Shown piece by piece: positions 26,557 through 36,258 of a stretch of 64,000 bases of DNA (position 1 is the stretch's first letter; each line of letters starts with the position of its first letter). The notes under the pieces are model-generated. The model did not search any database. It had not been told where the DNA came from and was given only the letters and a program-made list of their open reading frames with translations. The position numbers and the translations under genes were made by a program. The DNA lies in contig JACPWO010000002.1 of assembly GCA_016197005.1 (NCBI GenBank), positions 146,178 to 210,177 of the forward strand. The letters run 5' to 3'. This DNA is from Candidatus Anderseniibacteriota bacterium. Its GTDB lineage: Bacteria; Patescibacteriota; Andersenbacteria; UBA10190.

Positions 26557-28527
26557 ATGGAAGACAAGAAAGATATAGATAAACAAGTGCCTGAGCAGGA
26601 TGATTCTATCTCCATGTTGCGTAAGCAGCTGTATGCAAAGGATGAGTCGAGAGAATTACAGACACGAGCGAAGGAACTAGCAACCCCTCGACAACTTGCC
26701 GAAGTTCCTCTTGAGCAAAATGAGGGTTCAGGTTTAGTGGATATTATTGCTAAACAAAAGCGTCGTCGGCAGAAACTTTTGTACATTGTTTCTATTGCCG
26801 GAGTTGTGATCGCTGTCACCGCCGCCTCGGCGGCTGCTACGTTGTGGTATCGCCGAGCGCATCGAGTGTTGCCGGAAAATATTGTACTGACCATTCAAGC
26901 ACCAGCTGACGTAATGGCCAGCGATACCATTGAAGTAATACTGAAGTATAAGAACGATAGTCGAGTTCGCTGGGATAATGTTGAGCTGCGACTAGATACG
27001 CCAGCTGGATTTCGAGTGGGCGCTCAGGACGAAAGGTTGAAGCAAACTGCTCGCAACCAATACACCGCTTCTCTCGGAACAGTAGAACCCGCTGCGGAAG
27101 GGCAACTTACCTTTTCTGGCCAGCTCATTGGCGAGCAAGGTTCTACAGCCTTAGTACGCACTCAGATTTTCTTTACGCCAGAGAATTTCCCCAGCGGACG
27201 CTTTGACGCATCTCAATCTCACTCGATAACGATCGCTTCAGTACCGTTGGAAATTTCTGTGGCGGCCCCGGGCAGTGCGGCCAGTGGGGAGCGAATCCCG
27301 GTAACGATTCGTGTTCGCAATATTGGGGACGAACCCATTATTGGCGGAAAATTAAAAATGGAGCCAGCCCCAGGAGTACAGCTGGCGCCAGAGGATACGG
27401 AGTTTTCTCCAGACTTTTCAATTTCAGATAGCTCGTGGCAACTACCCACATTACAGTCACTGGAAGAAGTAACGCGTATAGCGGTGTGGTATGTGGATGG
27501 ACAAGCCGGCGAACGTAGAATTGTGACAATTAAAGGCTTGGCAAATGCCGGCGAAGAAGAGTTCCTTCTTCGCACTGTTGATCAATCAATTGCCATCTCT
27601 GCTTCTGAAGTTGCAATCTCGCAGACATTTACCGGACGAGAAAGTGATCAGCCGCTTATAGCTGGTGAAACAATTGAAGGGAAAATAGAGTATCAAAACA
27701 CGGGCACAACTGCACTTTCCAACGCTGTGGTCAGTCTGCAATTCGAAGGTAATGTTATTGATCCATCGAAAATTCAAATTGATACCGGTGCGTATGACCC
27801 GATAGCTCGCACTATTAATTGGAAGGCTGCCTCTGTACCGGAACTGGCAACACTTGCTCCCCAAGAAAAAGGAGAGCTTAAATACAAGTTTGCGCTCCTG
27901 CCGCTGGCTTCTCTCCCGGCTGATGAAAGTGTAAAAAACCAAAACCTCATTATTACCGCTTCCATTACTAGTCCAGATCTCCCGGTTCGCTCAGGACAAG
28001 AAGAACGCTCGGTTACTGATCGTCTGGTGTTACCAGTAGCGACAAGTTTGCTGTTGTCGGTAGATTCTTTCTATGACGATGGACGGTTAGGTCTAAAGTC
28101 GAGTGGGCCTCTGCCGCCAAAGGTTGGTAGCACAACCAGCTATACGGTTCGCTTTAGGCTCGGAACTTCGCTCAATGACGTGGGTGATGTAAAGCTACGG
28201 GGGGTACTGCCAGAATCTGTCCATTACACCGGAAATGTATATAAAACTGAAGGCGAAGTAACCTTTAATGATCATACAAACGAAGTACTATGGGATATTC
28301 CATTTATTGCTGGCCTGGCAGGTCGATCTGGCCCGGCCCCCGAGCTCCACGTGCAAGTGTCGGTAACTCCGGGTGAGAATGTTCGTGGTCAAGAAGTTGT
28401 TTTACTTTCGGCTGCGGCTGCACAAGCTACTGACTTATTTGCAGATATTGCGGTGAGTGCAGAAGTAAAAGTGAACGATCTTCCAGATACAGAAAAAGCT
28501 GTTCCGACTAAGGGAGAAGTTGAGTAA
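26557..28527 (+). CDS. large membrane-anchored surface protein with repeated beta-sandwich (DUF11/CARDB-like) domains
   Basis: Cytoplasmic charged N-terminus, one TM (LLYIVSIAGVVIAVTAASAAATLWY), then roughly 560 aa of repeated roughly 110-aa modules. Confidence 0.45.
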   Translation: MEDKKDIDKQVPEQDDSISMLRKQLYAKDESRELQTRAKELATPRQLAEVPLEQNEGSGLVDIIAKQKRRRQKLLYIVSIAGVVIAVTAASAAATLWYRRAHRVLPENIVLTIQAPADVMASDTIEVILKYKNDSRVRWDNVELRLDTPAGFRVGAQDERLKQTARNQYTASLGTVEPAAEGQLTFSGQLIGEQGSTALVRTQIFFTPENFPSGRFDASQSHSITIASVPLEISVAAPGSAASGERIPVTIRVRNIGDEPIIGGKLKMEPAPGVQLAPEDTEFSPDFSISDSSWQLPTLQSLEEVTRIAVWYVDGQAGERRIVTIKGLANAGEEEFLLRTVDQSIAISASEVAISQTFTGRESDQPLIAGETIEGKIEYQNTGTTALSNAVVSLQFEGNVIDPSKIQIDTGAYDPIARTINWKAASVPELATLAPQEKGELKYKFALLPLASLPADESVKNQNLIITASITSPDLPVRSGQEERSVTDRLVLPVATSLLLSVDSFYDDGRLGLKSSGPLPPKVGSTTSYTVRFRLGTSLNDVGDVKLRGVLPESVHYTGNVYKTEGEVTFNDHTNEVLWDIPFIAGLAGRSGPAPELHVQVSVTPGENVRGQEVVLLSAAAAQATDLFADIAVSAEVKVNDLPDTEKAVPTKGEVE

Positions 28528-28577
28528 AAAAGAACGCCTGCTGGTTTAGGGCAGGCGCAATGGGCACAAGTTGTTCC

Positions 28578-28895
28578 TCACGCCGTCGTGAAGGGCTCTT
28601 CGCATTGGAGCTGGGCTTGCAGTTCCCTTGCGATGGCATTGCAGACGGTGCGCACGGTTACTTGTTGAACCGTTTGTGGCGGTGCTCCTTCAAAGTGAGG
28701 GAGCAACTTCCGAAGCGTGCCAGGGAGCAAGTGAAACTCGCTCTCGAGGTAGAAACGCAGGTCGTCGATATCCATCCCTGCGTCGGCTCCGAGATCTCGC
28801 GTGAGTGTTACGTGCGGCGTAATCTGCTCGCGATTCACTTGCAGCCGATCCATCAAGACTTTGCACACTCGATCCCGGATTTCACGCCTTGTCAT
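28578..28895 (-). CDS. acyl-carrier-protein-like small protein lacking the conserved phosphopantetheine-attachment Ser
   Basis: ITPHVTLTRDLGADAGMDIDDL parallels ACP xxDLGADSLDxVEL, but Ser is replaced by Ala. Sits on a roughly 0.4-kb G+C-rich micro-insert. The antisense ORF 28560..28901 looks like junk. Confidence 0.45.
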   Translation of the reverse strand: MTRREIRDRVCKVLMDRLQVNREQITPHVTLTRDLGADAGMDIDDLRFYLESEFHLLPGTLRKLLPHFEGAPPQTVQQVTVRTVCNAIARELQAQLQCEEPFTTA

Positions 28896-28950
28896 GACTG
28901 ATCTCCATCGAGACATGTGAACAATTGCGCTTCAATGTTGGCGCAATCGC

Positions 28951-28979
28951 AATGTACCACTCCCTGTGTATATTGTCAA
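28951..28979 (-). promoter_or_regulatory. sigma70-like promoter for the ACP-like gene
   Basis: On the minus strand, TTGACA-17 nt-TACATT. Confidence 0.35.
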
Positions 28980-29822
28980 CTAGCGAATTGGTGATTTGAG
29001 TACTTGGTCGTAAATCTCGGGTGTAGACACATCAAACCATTGTCCTTCAAAGGGATAGCCGTGAAGGGATTGTTGCTTTACGAGCTTTGGGAAAATATCT
29101 TCTTCAAGAGAAAGGCCTTTCGAAAATCGTTTGGGATATAGCTCAAAAATCCGTTGATCCAGCACGGCGCAACCAGCAAATACGAGCGGAGAAGTTTCCC
29201 CGGCCGTATCTGGTTTTTCTACGAAATCCACGATGCGAGTACCACGTAGTCGGACGGATCCATAAGGGCCAGGATCAGTAACGGAAGTTAGCGCAAGCGT
29301 AGCGGCTGCTGAACGGGCTGCCTCGTGTGTTTGCAAAAGTTCGGTTAGATCAATATTTATAAGAACGTCACCATACAACATAAGGAATGGAGAGGTGTTT
29401 AACTTCTCCTTTGCTCGCCATAGCGACACACCCGTTCCGGCGAGAGAATCTTCGCGGACATATTGAATACGTACTCCGAACTGTGAGCCATCGCCAAAAT
29501 GTTTCTCTATTTTTTCACTAAGATGGTGAGTTGTAATAATAATATCCTTGAATCCGTGTTCGCGTAGCAGTGCGATTGTATATTCCAGTAATGGTTTGCC
29601 ATGTACAGGGATGAGGGGCTTCGGAATCTCATACGTAAACGGACGCATTTTTACGCCTTCACCACTGGCTAAAATTACCGCCTGTGTATTACCGGATCCA
29701 ACTGCGCGGGCGAGCACATATTCCAAGGCATGCGACCGATTTCGGATACGGTTGCCGTCTACCATGTTATCTATGGAGCGCAGGAGGTCTTCTCGGATTG
29801 TCACGGTGATACGGCTTCTCAT
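28980..29822 (-). CDS. sugar-phosphate nucleotidyltransferase fused to an N-terminal ribbon-helix-helix (CopG/NikR-like) domain
   Basis: N-terminus ITVTIREDLLRSIDNMV...NRSHALEYVLARAV (RHH-like). Then AVILASGEGVKMRPFTYEIPKPLIPV (G1P nucleotidyltransferase signature). Confidence 0.7.
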   Translation of the reverse strand: MRSRITVTIREDLLRSIDNMVDGNRIRNRSHALEYVLARAVGSGNTQAVILASGEGVKMRPFTYEIPKPLIPVHGKPLLEYTIALLREHGFKDIIITTHHLSEKIEKHFGDGSQFGVRIQYVREDSLAGTGVSLWRAKEKLNTSPFLMLYGDVLINIDLTELLQTHEAARSAAATLALTSVTDPGPYGSVRLRGTRIVDFVEKPDTAGETSPLVFAGCAVLDQRIFELYPKRFSKGLSLEEDIFPKLVKQQSLHGYPFEGQWFDVSTPEIYDQVLKSPIR

Positions 29823-29857
29823 TTGACAATTGTTACATTAGTGTCGACAGTTGATCC

Positions 29858-30985
29858 ATGTTTTCCTTTGCGGTTACAAAACAGCTTCATGCTGCCCGGC
29901 TAAGCCGGCTATCAACTCCTCATGGTGTCATAGAAGGACCCTTTTTTCAATTTGTTGCCACTCGTGCCGCCATTCGCGGCATGGTCTTCCAAGAAGATTT
30001 AGAAAAAATGAAGGTACAAATTGTTTTGGCCAATACCTATCATCTTCATCTGCAGCCCGGCGAAGATATTGTGGCTAAGGCCGGAGGTTTGCACGGATTT
30101 ATGCAGTGGTCTGGACCGATTACCACCGACTCTGGTGGATACCAAGTATTTTCTCTAGGAAATAACGTCAAGCTGGATAGTGAAGGCGTTACCTTTCGGT
30201 CACATATTGATGGCACACTGCTGCGACTGACGCCCGAGTCGGCTATGGACATTCAACATAAGCTGGGAGCGGACATTGTGATGCCACTTGATGTGTGTAC
30301 GCCCTTCGGAGCAACTCGAGAGGAAGTCGCGGCAGCGGTGGAGCAAACATATGTCTGGGCGCAGCGATGCGCAGAAGCGATGCAACGTTTTCCCGCTAAC
30401 ACACAAGCACTTTACGGCATTGTACAGGGTGGGGTGTATCCGGATTTACGCCAACAAGCAGCCGAACGGATGCGAGAACTCAATTTCTTTGGATACTCGA
30501 TTGGCGGCGAACTTCAAGAAGCCGGAGAGAAAGAATTAGAAAAAGTAGTAAAGGCAACTATACAGCATCTGCCAGCTGATAAACCTCGGTACCTCATGGG
30601 GTACGGCACGCCAGAAGATATTGTTGAAGCAGTGCGAGCGGGCGTTGATCAGTTTGATTGTGTACTGCCAATTCGTAACGCCCGGCATGGCCAGATAATG
30701 ACAGATTTAAACAAGGAGTATGTAGCGGAATGCTTACAGGATCCTGACAAACCAATTGATCCTAAAAAGTTATATACCAAATTTGATATTACGAAGGCGC
30801 CATATCGAAGTGACTATTCACTTTTCTCACCAAACCATCCGATTATTCAAAAGTCTTACACCAAAGCCTACGTGCATCACTTACTTCGAGCGGAAGGACC
30901 GTCTGGATTGCGGTTAGCAGTACTTCATAATATCCATTTCTATGAACAACTCATGCGTGAGATTCGAGATGTTATTCGAGGATAG
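29858..30985 (+). CDS. tgt: queuine tRNA-ribosyltransferase
   Basis: VLANTYHLHLQPGED and PITTDSGGYQVFSLG (TGT catalytic Asp region). LMGYGTPEDI. The canonical CxCxxC zinc motif is not obvious. Confidence 0.85.
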   Translation: MFSFAVTKQLHAARLSRLSTPHGVIEGPFFQFVATRAAIRGMVFQEDLEKMKVQIVLANTYHLHLQPGEDIVAKAGGLHGFMQWSGPITTDSGGYQVFSLGNNVKLDSEGVTFRSHIDGTLLRLTPESAMDIQHKLGADIVMPLDVCTPFGATREEVAAAVEQTYVWAQRCAEAMQRFPANTQALYGIVQGGVYPDLRQQAAERMRELNFFGYSIGGELQEAGEKELEKVVKATIQHLPADKPRYLMGYGTPEDIVEAVRAGVDQFDCVLPIRNARHGQIMTDLNKEYVAECLQDPDKPIDPKKLYTKFDITKAPYRSDYSLFSPNHPIIQKSYTKAYVHHLLRAEGPSGLRLAVLHNIHFYEQLMREIRDVIRG

Positions 30986-31003
30986 GGGCGCTATACTATA
31001 TGA

Positions 31004-31540
31004 ATGGACCCACGAGATTCAGGAAGATTTGGTATTCGCCCACCGTCAGCACCGGGCAGATCAGGTGATTCTTCCCAATCAGATCGTTTTGCTGGTGCAT
31101 CAATGGGGCGCGCTCCTAATCCGGAGTCATCTATCTTACGCAAGGAAAATCCTCTTAAATCCGCACTATTAGGAGACGAAAAGCGGAAAGATTTTCGTGA
31201 AGAAGTATGGAAGCCAGAAAGAAAAAAATTACTAAGAGACGCTCGCAAAACTCGTTTGGCATACAAAGAACAAGAGCGATCAATCGAGCGTTACTTCAAT
31301 CGTGGCAAAAAAACGAAGGAGTTTGAACGAACTCTGCGTAAGTTGGGTATGACTGAAGAGAGTCCTCAGTTTGCTCAAAAAAAGATCATCAAAGATCTCA
31401 AAAAGCAAGAGCGAGAGGCGATAAGAAAAATGCGTGATCAGCGAGATGAGCGAAAAGATCAGCTTTGGGAAAACTACTCACAATCAGCAGAGCAAGATGA
31501 TGCACGTAAAAGTGGACTGAGTCGCCTTCTTTCTCTATAG
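31004..31540 (+). CDS. highly charged K/R/E-rich protein (hypothetical)
   Basis: 178 aa with a disordered N-terminus then lysine/glutamate-rich helices. A TATACT -10-like box ends about 7 nt before the ATG, so the mRNA may be leaderless. Confidence 0.35.
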   Translation: MDPRDSGRFGIRPPSAPGRSGDSSQSDRFAGASMGRAPNPESSILRKENPLKSALLGDEKRKDFREEVWKPERKKLLRDARKTRLAYKEQERSIERYFNRGKKTKEFERTLRKLGMTEESPQFAQKKIIKDLKKQEREAIRKMRDQRDERKDQLWENYSQSAEQDDARKSGLSRLLSL

Positions 31541-31552
31541 TACTTAGTTACT

Positions 31553-32875
31553 ATGTCAGAAATGCCAACCATGGATACAATCGTAAATCTGGCCAAACGC
31601 CGTGGTTTTATCTTCCCTGGCTCCGAGATTTATGGTGGGCTAGCGAACAGTTGGGATTACGGACCCCTGGGAGTTGAACTGAAGAACAATATTAAGCGTT
31701 TGTGGTGGAAACATTTTGTCCATGCGCGTTTAGATATGGTTGGAATTGATGCCGCCTTGATGATGAACCCCAGAGTATGGGAGGCAAGCGGACACGTAGA
31801 AACTTTTCACGATCCTCTCGTTGAATGTAAAAGTTGTCACGCTCGTTTTCGTGCTGACCATGTGGATACAGCAAAGCCCTGCCAGAACTGTGGCAAAAAA
31901 GGCACCTTCACTGATCCCGCCAATTTTAATTTAATGTTTAAGACTCACCTCGGCCCAAAACAAGAAGACGCCACTACGGTATACCTACGTCCAGAAACGG
32001 CTCAAGCTATGTTTGTAGATTTTCTAAATGTAGCTCAAACCAGCCGTCGTCGTATTCCATTTGGTATTGCCCAAGTAGGGAAGGCGTTTCGCAATGAAAT
32101 TGCTCCAGGTAACTTTATTTTCCGCACCCGTGAGTTCGAGCAGATGGAAATTGAATATTTCATTCCGCCAAAAGGTTGGGAAGAGCACTTTGAAACTTGG
32201 CTGAAAGCGATGCATAACTGGATTAAACTATGCGGTATTAAAACTGAATTAATCCATGAGTTTGAGGTACCGAAAGATGAATTGGCCCATTATTCCAAAC
32301 GAACGGTAGATATTCAGTTTGATTTTCCTTTTGGTCAGGAGGAGTTATATGGTTTGGCGTATCGCACTGACTTTGATTTAAAACGTCATGCTGAGTTCTC
32401 AGGAAAAGATATGACCTATACCGATCCGATATCTAATGAAAAGTATATTCCTCATGTGGTTGAACCTACTTTTGGAGTGGATCGTACACTGCTGGCACTG
32501 CTGGTATCAGCTTATACCGAAGAAGACGCGCCCACGGCCAGTGGGGATAGCGAAAAGCGCATTGTGATGAAGTTTCCGCCATATCTAGCACCGTATCAGG
32601 TGGCAGTACTACCTTTATCCAAGAAACCAGAGTTAGAAGAAGTTGCTCGAAAGTTGGCGTTAGACTTAGCCCAAAAGTGGAGCGTGGACTATGACGTTAC
32701 GCAATCAATTGGCCGTCGCTATCGTCGGCAAGATGAAATTGGAACCCCATGGTGCGTCACGGTGGACTTTGATTCCTTAAACGACAATCAAGCTACTATT
32801 CGTGATCGTGACACGATGAAGCAAGAACGTATCGCTATTCAAGATATCCCTCAATACATCCAAGAAAAATTATGA
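31553..32875 (+). CDS. glyQS: glycyl-tRNA synthetase (alpha2 dimeric type)
   Basis: MDTIVNLAKRRGFIFPGSEIYGGLANSWDYGPLG is the class II GlyRS N-terminus. Confidence 0.9.
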   Translation: MSEMPTMDTIVNLAKRRGFIFPGSEIYGGLANSWDYGPLGVELKNNIKRLWWKHFVHARLDMVGIDAALMMNPRVWEASGHVETFHDPLVECKSCHARFRADHVDTAKPCQNCGKKGTFTDPANFNLMFKTHLGPKQEDATTVYLRPETAQAMFVDFLNVAQTSRRRIPFGIAQVGKAFRNEIAPGNFIFRTREFEQMEIEYFIPPKGWEEHFETWLKAMHNWIKLCGIKTELIHEFEVPKDELAHYSKRTVDIQFDFPFGQEELYGLAYRTDFDLKRHAEFSGKDMTYTDPISNEKYIPHVVEPTFGVDRTLLALLVSAYTEEDAPTASGDSEKRIVMKFPPYLAPYQVAVLPLSKKPELEEVARKLALDLAQKWSVDYDVTQSIGRRYRRQDEIGTPWCVTVDFDSLNDNQATIRDRDTMKQERIAIQDIPQYIQEKL

Positions 32876-34143
32876 GTTTTCCTCTCATTCGTAAAACGCT
32901 TCCGTCAGGATTGCGACTACTTCTGCTTCCACGAGAAGAAATGCAATCAGTTACTGTTCTCACACTTGTTGGCGTGGGAAGTCGGTATGAAAGTCCACGG
33001 CAGAACGGCCTCTCACATTTCTTGGAACATATGTTTTTTAAGGGGACTGAGAACCGTCCAACAACGAAGGAGATTGCGGAAGCAATCGATAACGTCGGTG
33101 GAGAGTTTAATGCGTTTACTGGCGAAGAATACACGGGCTACTACGTGAAAGTAGCCGCCCGACACTTATCTGTCGCTGCTGATGTCGTGTCAGATATTTT
33201 GCTACGTCCTCTTTTCCCAGCGGAAGAAATCGAGCGCGAGCGCGGGGTCATCATCGAAGAAATTCGTATGTACACGGATAACCCAATGCGACATGTCCAG
33301 CATGTGTGGATGGAAGCACTCTATGGAAGTCATCCCCTCGGCCGTCGTATTGATGGTACAGAAGAAACCGTAAGTGCTCTGAAGCGAGCAGACTTTCTCG
33401 CGTATACCAAAAAACACTACCATACGAAAAATGCTGTTGTTGTTGTCGCCGGGAATTTTGATGCCAATAAAACAACGAAAATGCTGGAAACACTTTTTAA
33501 GTCCTTACCGCTTGGTGCGCAAGCGAAGCCAAAACCATGGACAAAACGCACCGCTGTTCATCGGTTCAAACATAGCTACCGTAAAACCTTAGATCAGGCA
33601 CATATTATTCTCGGTGTTCCGGGTGTACCACGAGGAGATGAGCGAGAGTACGCCGCAGCGCTGCTGGCAACCGTATTGGGTGGCGGTATGAGTTCTCGTC
33701 TGTTCCTCCAGATCCGTGAACGGCATGGTTTGGCATACATGGTGCGAACGTCTTCCGACGGATACTTGGGTACCGGTAGTTTTGCCACTCAAGCGGGAGT
33801 GCGCTTGGAGAAAACCCACGATGCGATGAGAATGATTCAAGAAGAATATGATCGGATTATGGTGGAAGAAGTACCGCTGGCAGAACTGAACAAGGCAAAA
33901 GAGATTGTGCGGGGTCAAATGGTGCTTCAACTGGAAGAAACGAATGCACTCGCGATGTTTTCTAGCGAACAGGAATTACTGGAAGGTAAGATCCTGACCC
34001 CAGGCGAGATTAACAAAAAGATTGATGCGGTTACTCCGCAGGAAGTTCAGGCACTCGCTCAGCAAATTTTGGGCAGGAAACAGCGCGCAGTGGCACTTTT
34101 AAGTCCTCATCGCTCAACAACGAAATTTGAGAAGCTTCTGTAG
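32872..34143 (+). CDS. M16-family zinc peptidase (pitrilysin-like)
   Basis: HFLEHMFFKGT inverted zincin motif HxxEH. Confidence 0.8.
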   Translation: MSFPLIRKTLPSGLRLLLLPREEMQSVTVLTLVGVGSRYESPRQNGLSHFLEHMFFKGTENRPTTKEIAEAIDNVGGEFNAFTGEEYTGYYVKVAARHLSVAADVVSDILLRPLFPAEEIERERGVIIEEIRMYTDNPMRHVQHVWMEALYGSHPLGRRIDGTEETVSALKRADFLAYTKKHYHTKNAVVVVAGNFDANKTTKMLETLFKSLPLGAQAKPKPWTKRTAVHRFKHSYRKTLDQAHIILGVPGVPRGDEREYAAALLATVLGGGMSSRLFLQIRERHGLAYMVRTSSDGYLGTGSFATQAGVRLEKTHDAMRMIQEEYDRIMVEEVPLAELNKAKEIVRGQMVLQLEETNALAMFSSEQELLEGKILTPGEINKKIDAVTPQEVQALAQQILGRKQRAVALLSPHRSTTKFEKLL

Positions 34144-34175
34144 CGAGATTCTAAAAACAGGATTACGATTCATGT

Positions 34176-35216
34176 ATGATTGAGAAGCAAAAAATAGAGA
34201 TCGGATCAAATACGGTATTTCGTGTTATTTTGATTCTCCTCGGCCTTTGGTTCCTCTTTATCATCCAGGACATTCTTATGATGCTCATTGGAGCATTTGT
34301 GATAGCTGCAGCGATAGAACCAGTTGCCAGATATCTTCAGCGTTACAAGGTGCCGCGAGCATTATCGGTCGTTATTGTCTACTTCCTTGTCCTTTTAGTG
34401 CTGGGAGCCTCCTTAGTTCTTATCGCTCCAGCCCTTGCGCAGCAAACCGCACAGCTGGCTCAATCACTTCCGGATTTACTAGTCGATCTACAATCTCGCC
34501 TTGGTTTGCAAGCGTTCTTCGATGTCGATCAGGTACTGCCGAGTATCCAGAATGGTTTGCGTCAGGTTTCGGATAACCTAGCTAATATTGGCGTCAATAT
34601 ATTTCAACAGACGCGCAATGTTTTCTCTGGTATCTTCTCCTTCTTGTTTGTTCTTATTATTGCTTTCTACTTAGTTATAGAAGAAGACGGATTAAAAAAG
34701 TCTTTCCGTATTATTATTCCGGCTAACCACATGGCATATGTGGAAACAATCCTCGATCGCATTACATACAAGCTTGGCAGGTGGGTGTTGGCTCAGTTAG
34801 CTCTTGGGGTCATTATTGGTGTCGTAGTTGGTGTTGGTTTGTGGTTAATGGGGGTACCACATGCACTCCCTCTTGGTTTAATTGCCGGTGTACTGGAAAT
34901 TATTCCAGTTATCGGCCCTATTATCGCCGGTGTCTTCGGAATTTTTGTTGCACTATCTCAATCTCTCCTTTTGGGAGTTGGCGCGGTCGTTTTCTATGTG
35001 GTAGTACAGCAACTTGAGAATCACGTCTTAATCCCAAGTATTATGCGTAAAGCAACTGGCCTTAATCCCTTAGTTACATTGATTGCCGTCTTAGTTGGAG
35101 CTCGGTTGGCGGGAGTTGTTGGCGTGATACTCTCGGTACCAGTGGCTACCATGCTGAGTATTTTCCTATCAGACTTCTTGAGAAATTCGAGCGTTGAGGA
35201 CGAATTAGCGGGATAA
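34176..35216 (+). CDS. AI-2E family transporter (UPF0118/PerM-like)
   Basis: 8 TM helices with a central VVVQQLENHVLIPSIM block typical of the family. Confidence 0.6.
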   Translation: MIEKQKIEIGSNTVFRVILILLGLWFLFIIQDILMMLIGAFVIAAAIEPVARYLQRYKVPRALSVVIVYFLVLLVLGASLVLIAPALAQQTAQLAQSLPDLLVDLQSRLGLQAFFDVDQVLPSIQNGLRQVSDNLANIGVNIFQQTRNVFSGIFSFLFVLIIAFYLVIEEDGLKKSFRIIIPANHMAYVETILDRITYKLGRWVLAQLALGVIIGVVVGVGLWLMGVPHALPLGLIAGVLEIIPVIGPIIAGVFGIFVALSQSLLLGVGAVVFYVVVQQLENHVLIPSIMRKATGLNPLVTLIAVLVGARLAGVVGVILSVPVATMLSIFLSDFLRNSSVEDELAG

Positions 35217-35260
35217 AAAAATCGCCGGACAGATTTTGTCTGTACGGCGGTAGTGAGCAG

Positions 35261-35695
35261 TTACGCAATGGCAACCTTGTTTTTTGTGATCCGAATCCCA
35301 TTGAAAATCTTTAGCCCGAGAGCCGCTACTTCCTGTTCTTTGTCAGGTGGTGCGAGGGCATGGGCAGCTGGATGAGTTCCGACAACTTCGCGCGATTCGT
35401 CGCATTGGTAGTTAAGCAAAAGAACACGAATTTTGCTTAACTGCTCTTCTGTAAGTTGGCGAAAGGCTTGTGGTGACATGATAGTGGCAGATCTGCCGCT
35501 ATCCTCAATGAAATGTTTGAGATCAAGCGCATGCTGGATGAATTCTTCATCAGCGCGGGCCTTTTTCTCGTCTTGTACGTGCCTTTCGTCGAGGTCACTT
35601 CCTTCTTCATCGTGCACTTGCTGGGCCGGCTCTTTACCAACCTGTGCGCAATTCACCAACTTCTCGAGGTCTGCAACCAAAAGAACGAGTTCCAT
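35261..35695 (-). CDS. hypothetical acidic protein
   Basis: No motif recognised. Start trimmed to MELVLLVADL. Confidence 0.3.
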   Translation of the reverse strand: MELVLLVADLEKLVNCAQVGKEPAQQVHDEEGSDLDERHVQDEKKARADEEFIQHALDLKHFIEDSGRSATIMSPQAFRQLTEEQLSKIRVLLLNYQCDESREVVGTHPAAHALAPPDKEQEVAALGLKIFNGIRITKNKVAIA

Positions 35696-35760
35696 AGTCT
35701 CTCTTATCCTCAAGAGGCCAAGATACAACCTGCTCCTTTGCAGGCATGGCAGCTAGATTA

Positions 35761-36216
35761 CTAAAGAATACGAAGAAAAACAAGAGCGGAAAAAACGAAT
35801 ATTCCTTGCCAGATGAGGCCTTTTGCAACTTTAACAGTTTCGAGTTGTAGAGAGTCGTGAAAGCGAAAAATGGGCTTACTCCAGGCCAGCAGGGAAGAAT
35901 TTTGCCATTTTGGTCCCAAAAGCTCCCATGACATGTGGAAAACATCAGGTAAGTTGCCGCCGATAATGGCAATTAGAATTGGGGTCGTGAGAAATGCTTT
36001 TCCCATGATTAAGTAAGCCAATCCTAATCCGGTGAGTACGTCTAGCGCGGCAAATGGGATAAAAAGTTTTCCCCAGCTCTTTGGGTAAAAATTCCAGTGA
36101 AGAAGGGTGTCGAGAAAGAGGTGGAAAACGAATGTTGATAGGAATATAAGCAGGGGATTTTCTACATAGACCCCGAAAGGAAGACTAATTAATGTATGAG
36201 CTAGAGATAGCATGAT
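35761..36216 (-). CDS. membrane-bound metal-dependent hydrolase-like protein (DUF457/YdjM-like, tentative)
   Basis: Multi-TM protein with His residues in TM segments (LAHTLISLPFG...HLFLDTLLHWNF). Start trimmed to avoid overlap with divergent tatD. Confidence 0.35.
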   Translation of the reverse strand: MMLSLAHTLISLPFGVYVENPLLIFLSTFVFHLFLDTLLHWNFYPKSWGKLFIPFAALDVLTGLGLAYLIMGKAFLTTPILIAIIGGNLPDVFHMSWELLGPKWQNSSLLAWSKPIFRFHDSLQLETVKVAKGLIWQGIFVFSALVFLRIL

Positions 36217-36258
36217 CTGGAAGATAGGGAAGAATAAAGATACTCTACATTCTAACGT

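Noticed and set aside
28560-28901. 113-aa plus-strand ORF antisense to the ACP-like gene
   Set aside because: Cys/Arg-rich low-complexity translation. The minus frame gives an ACP-like fold with its own promoter and terminator.
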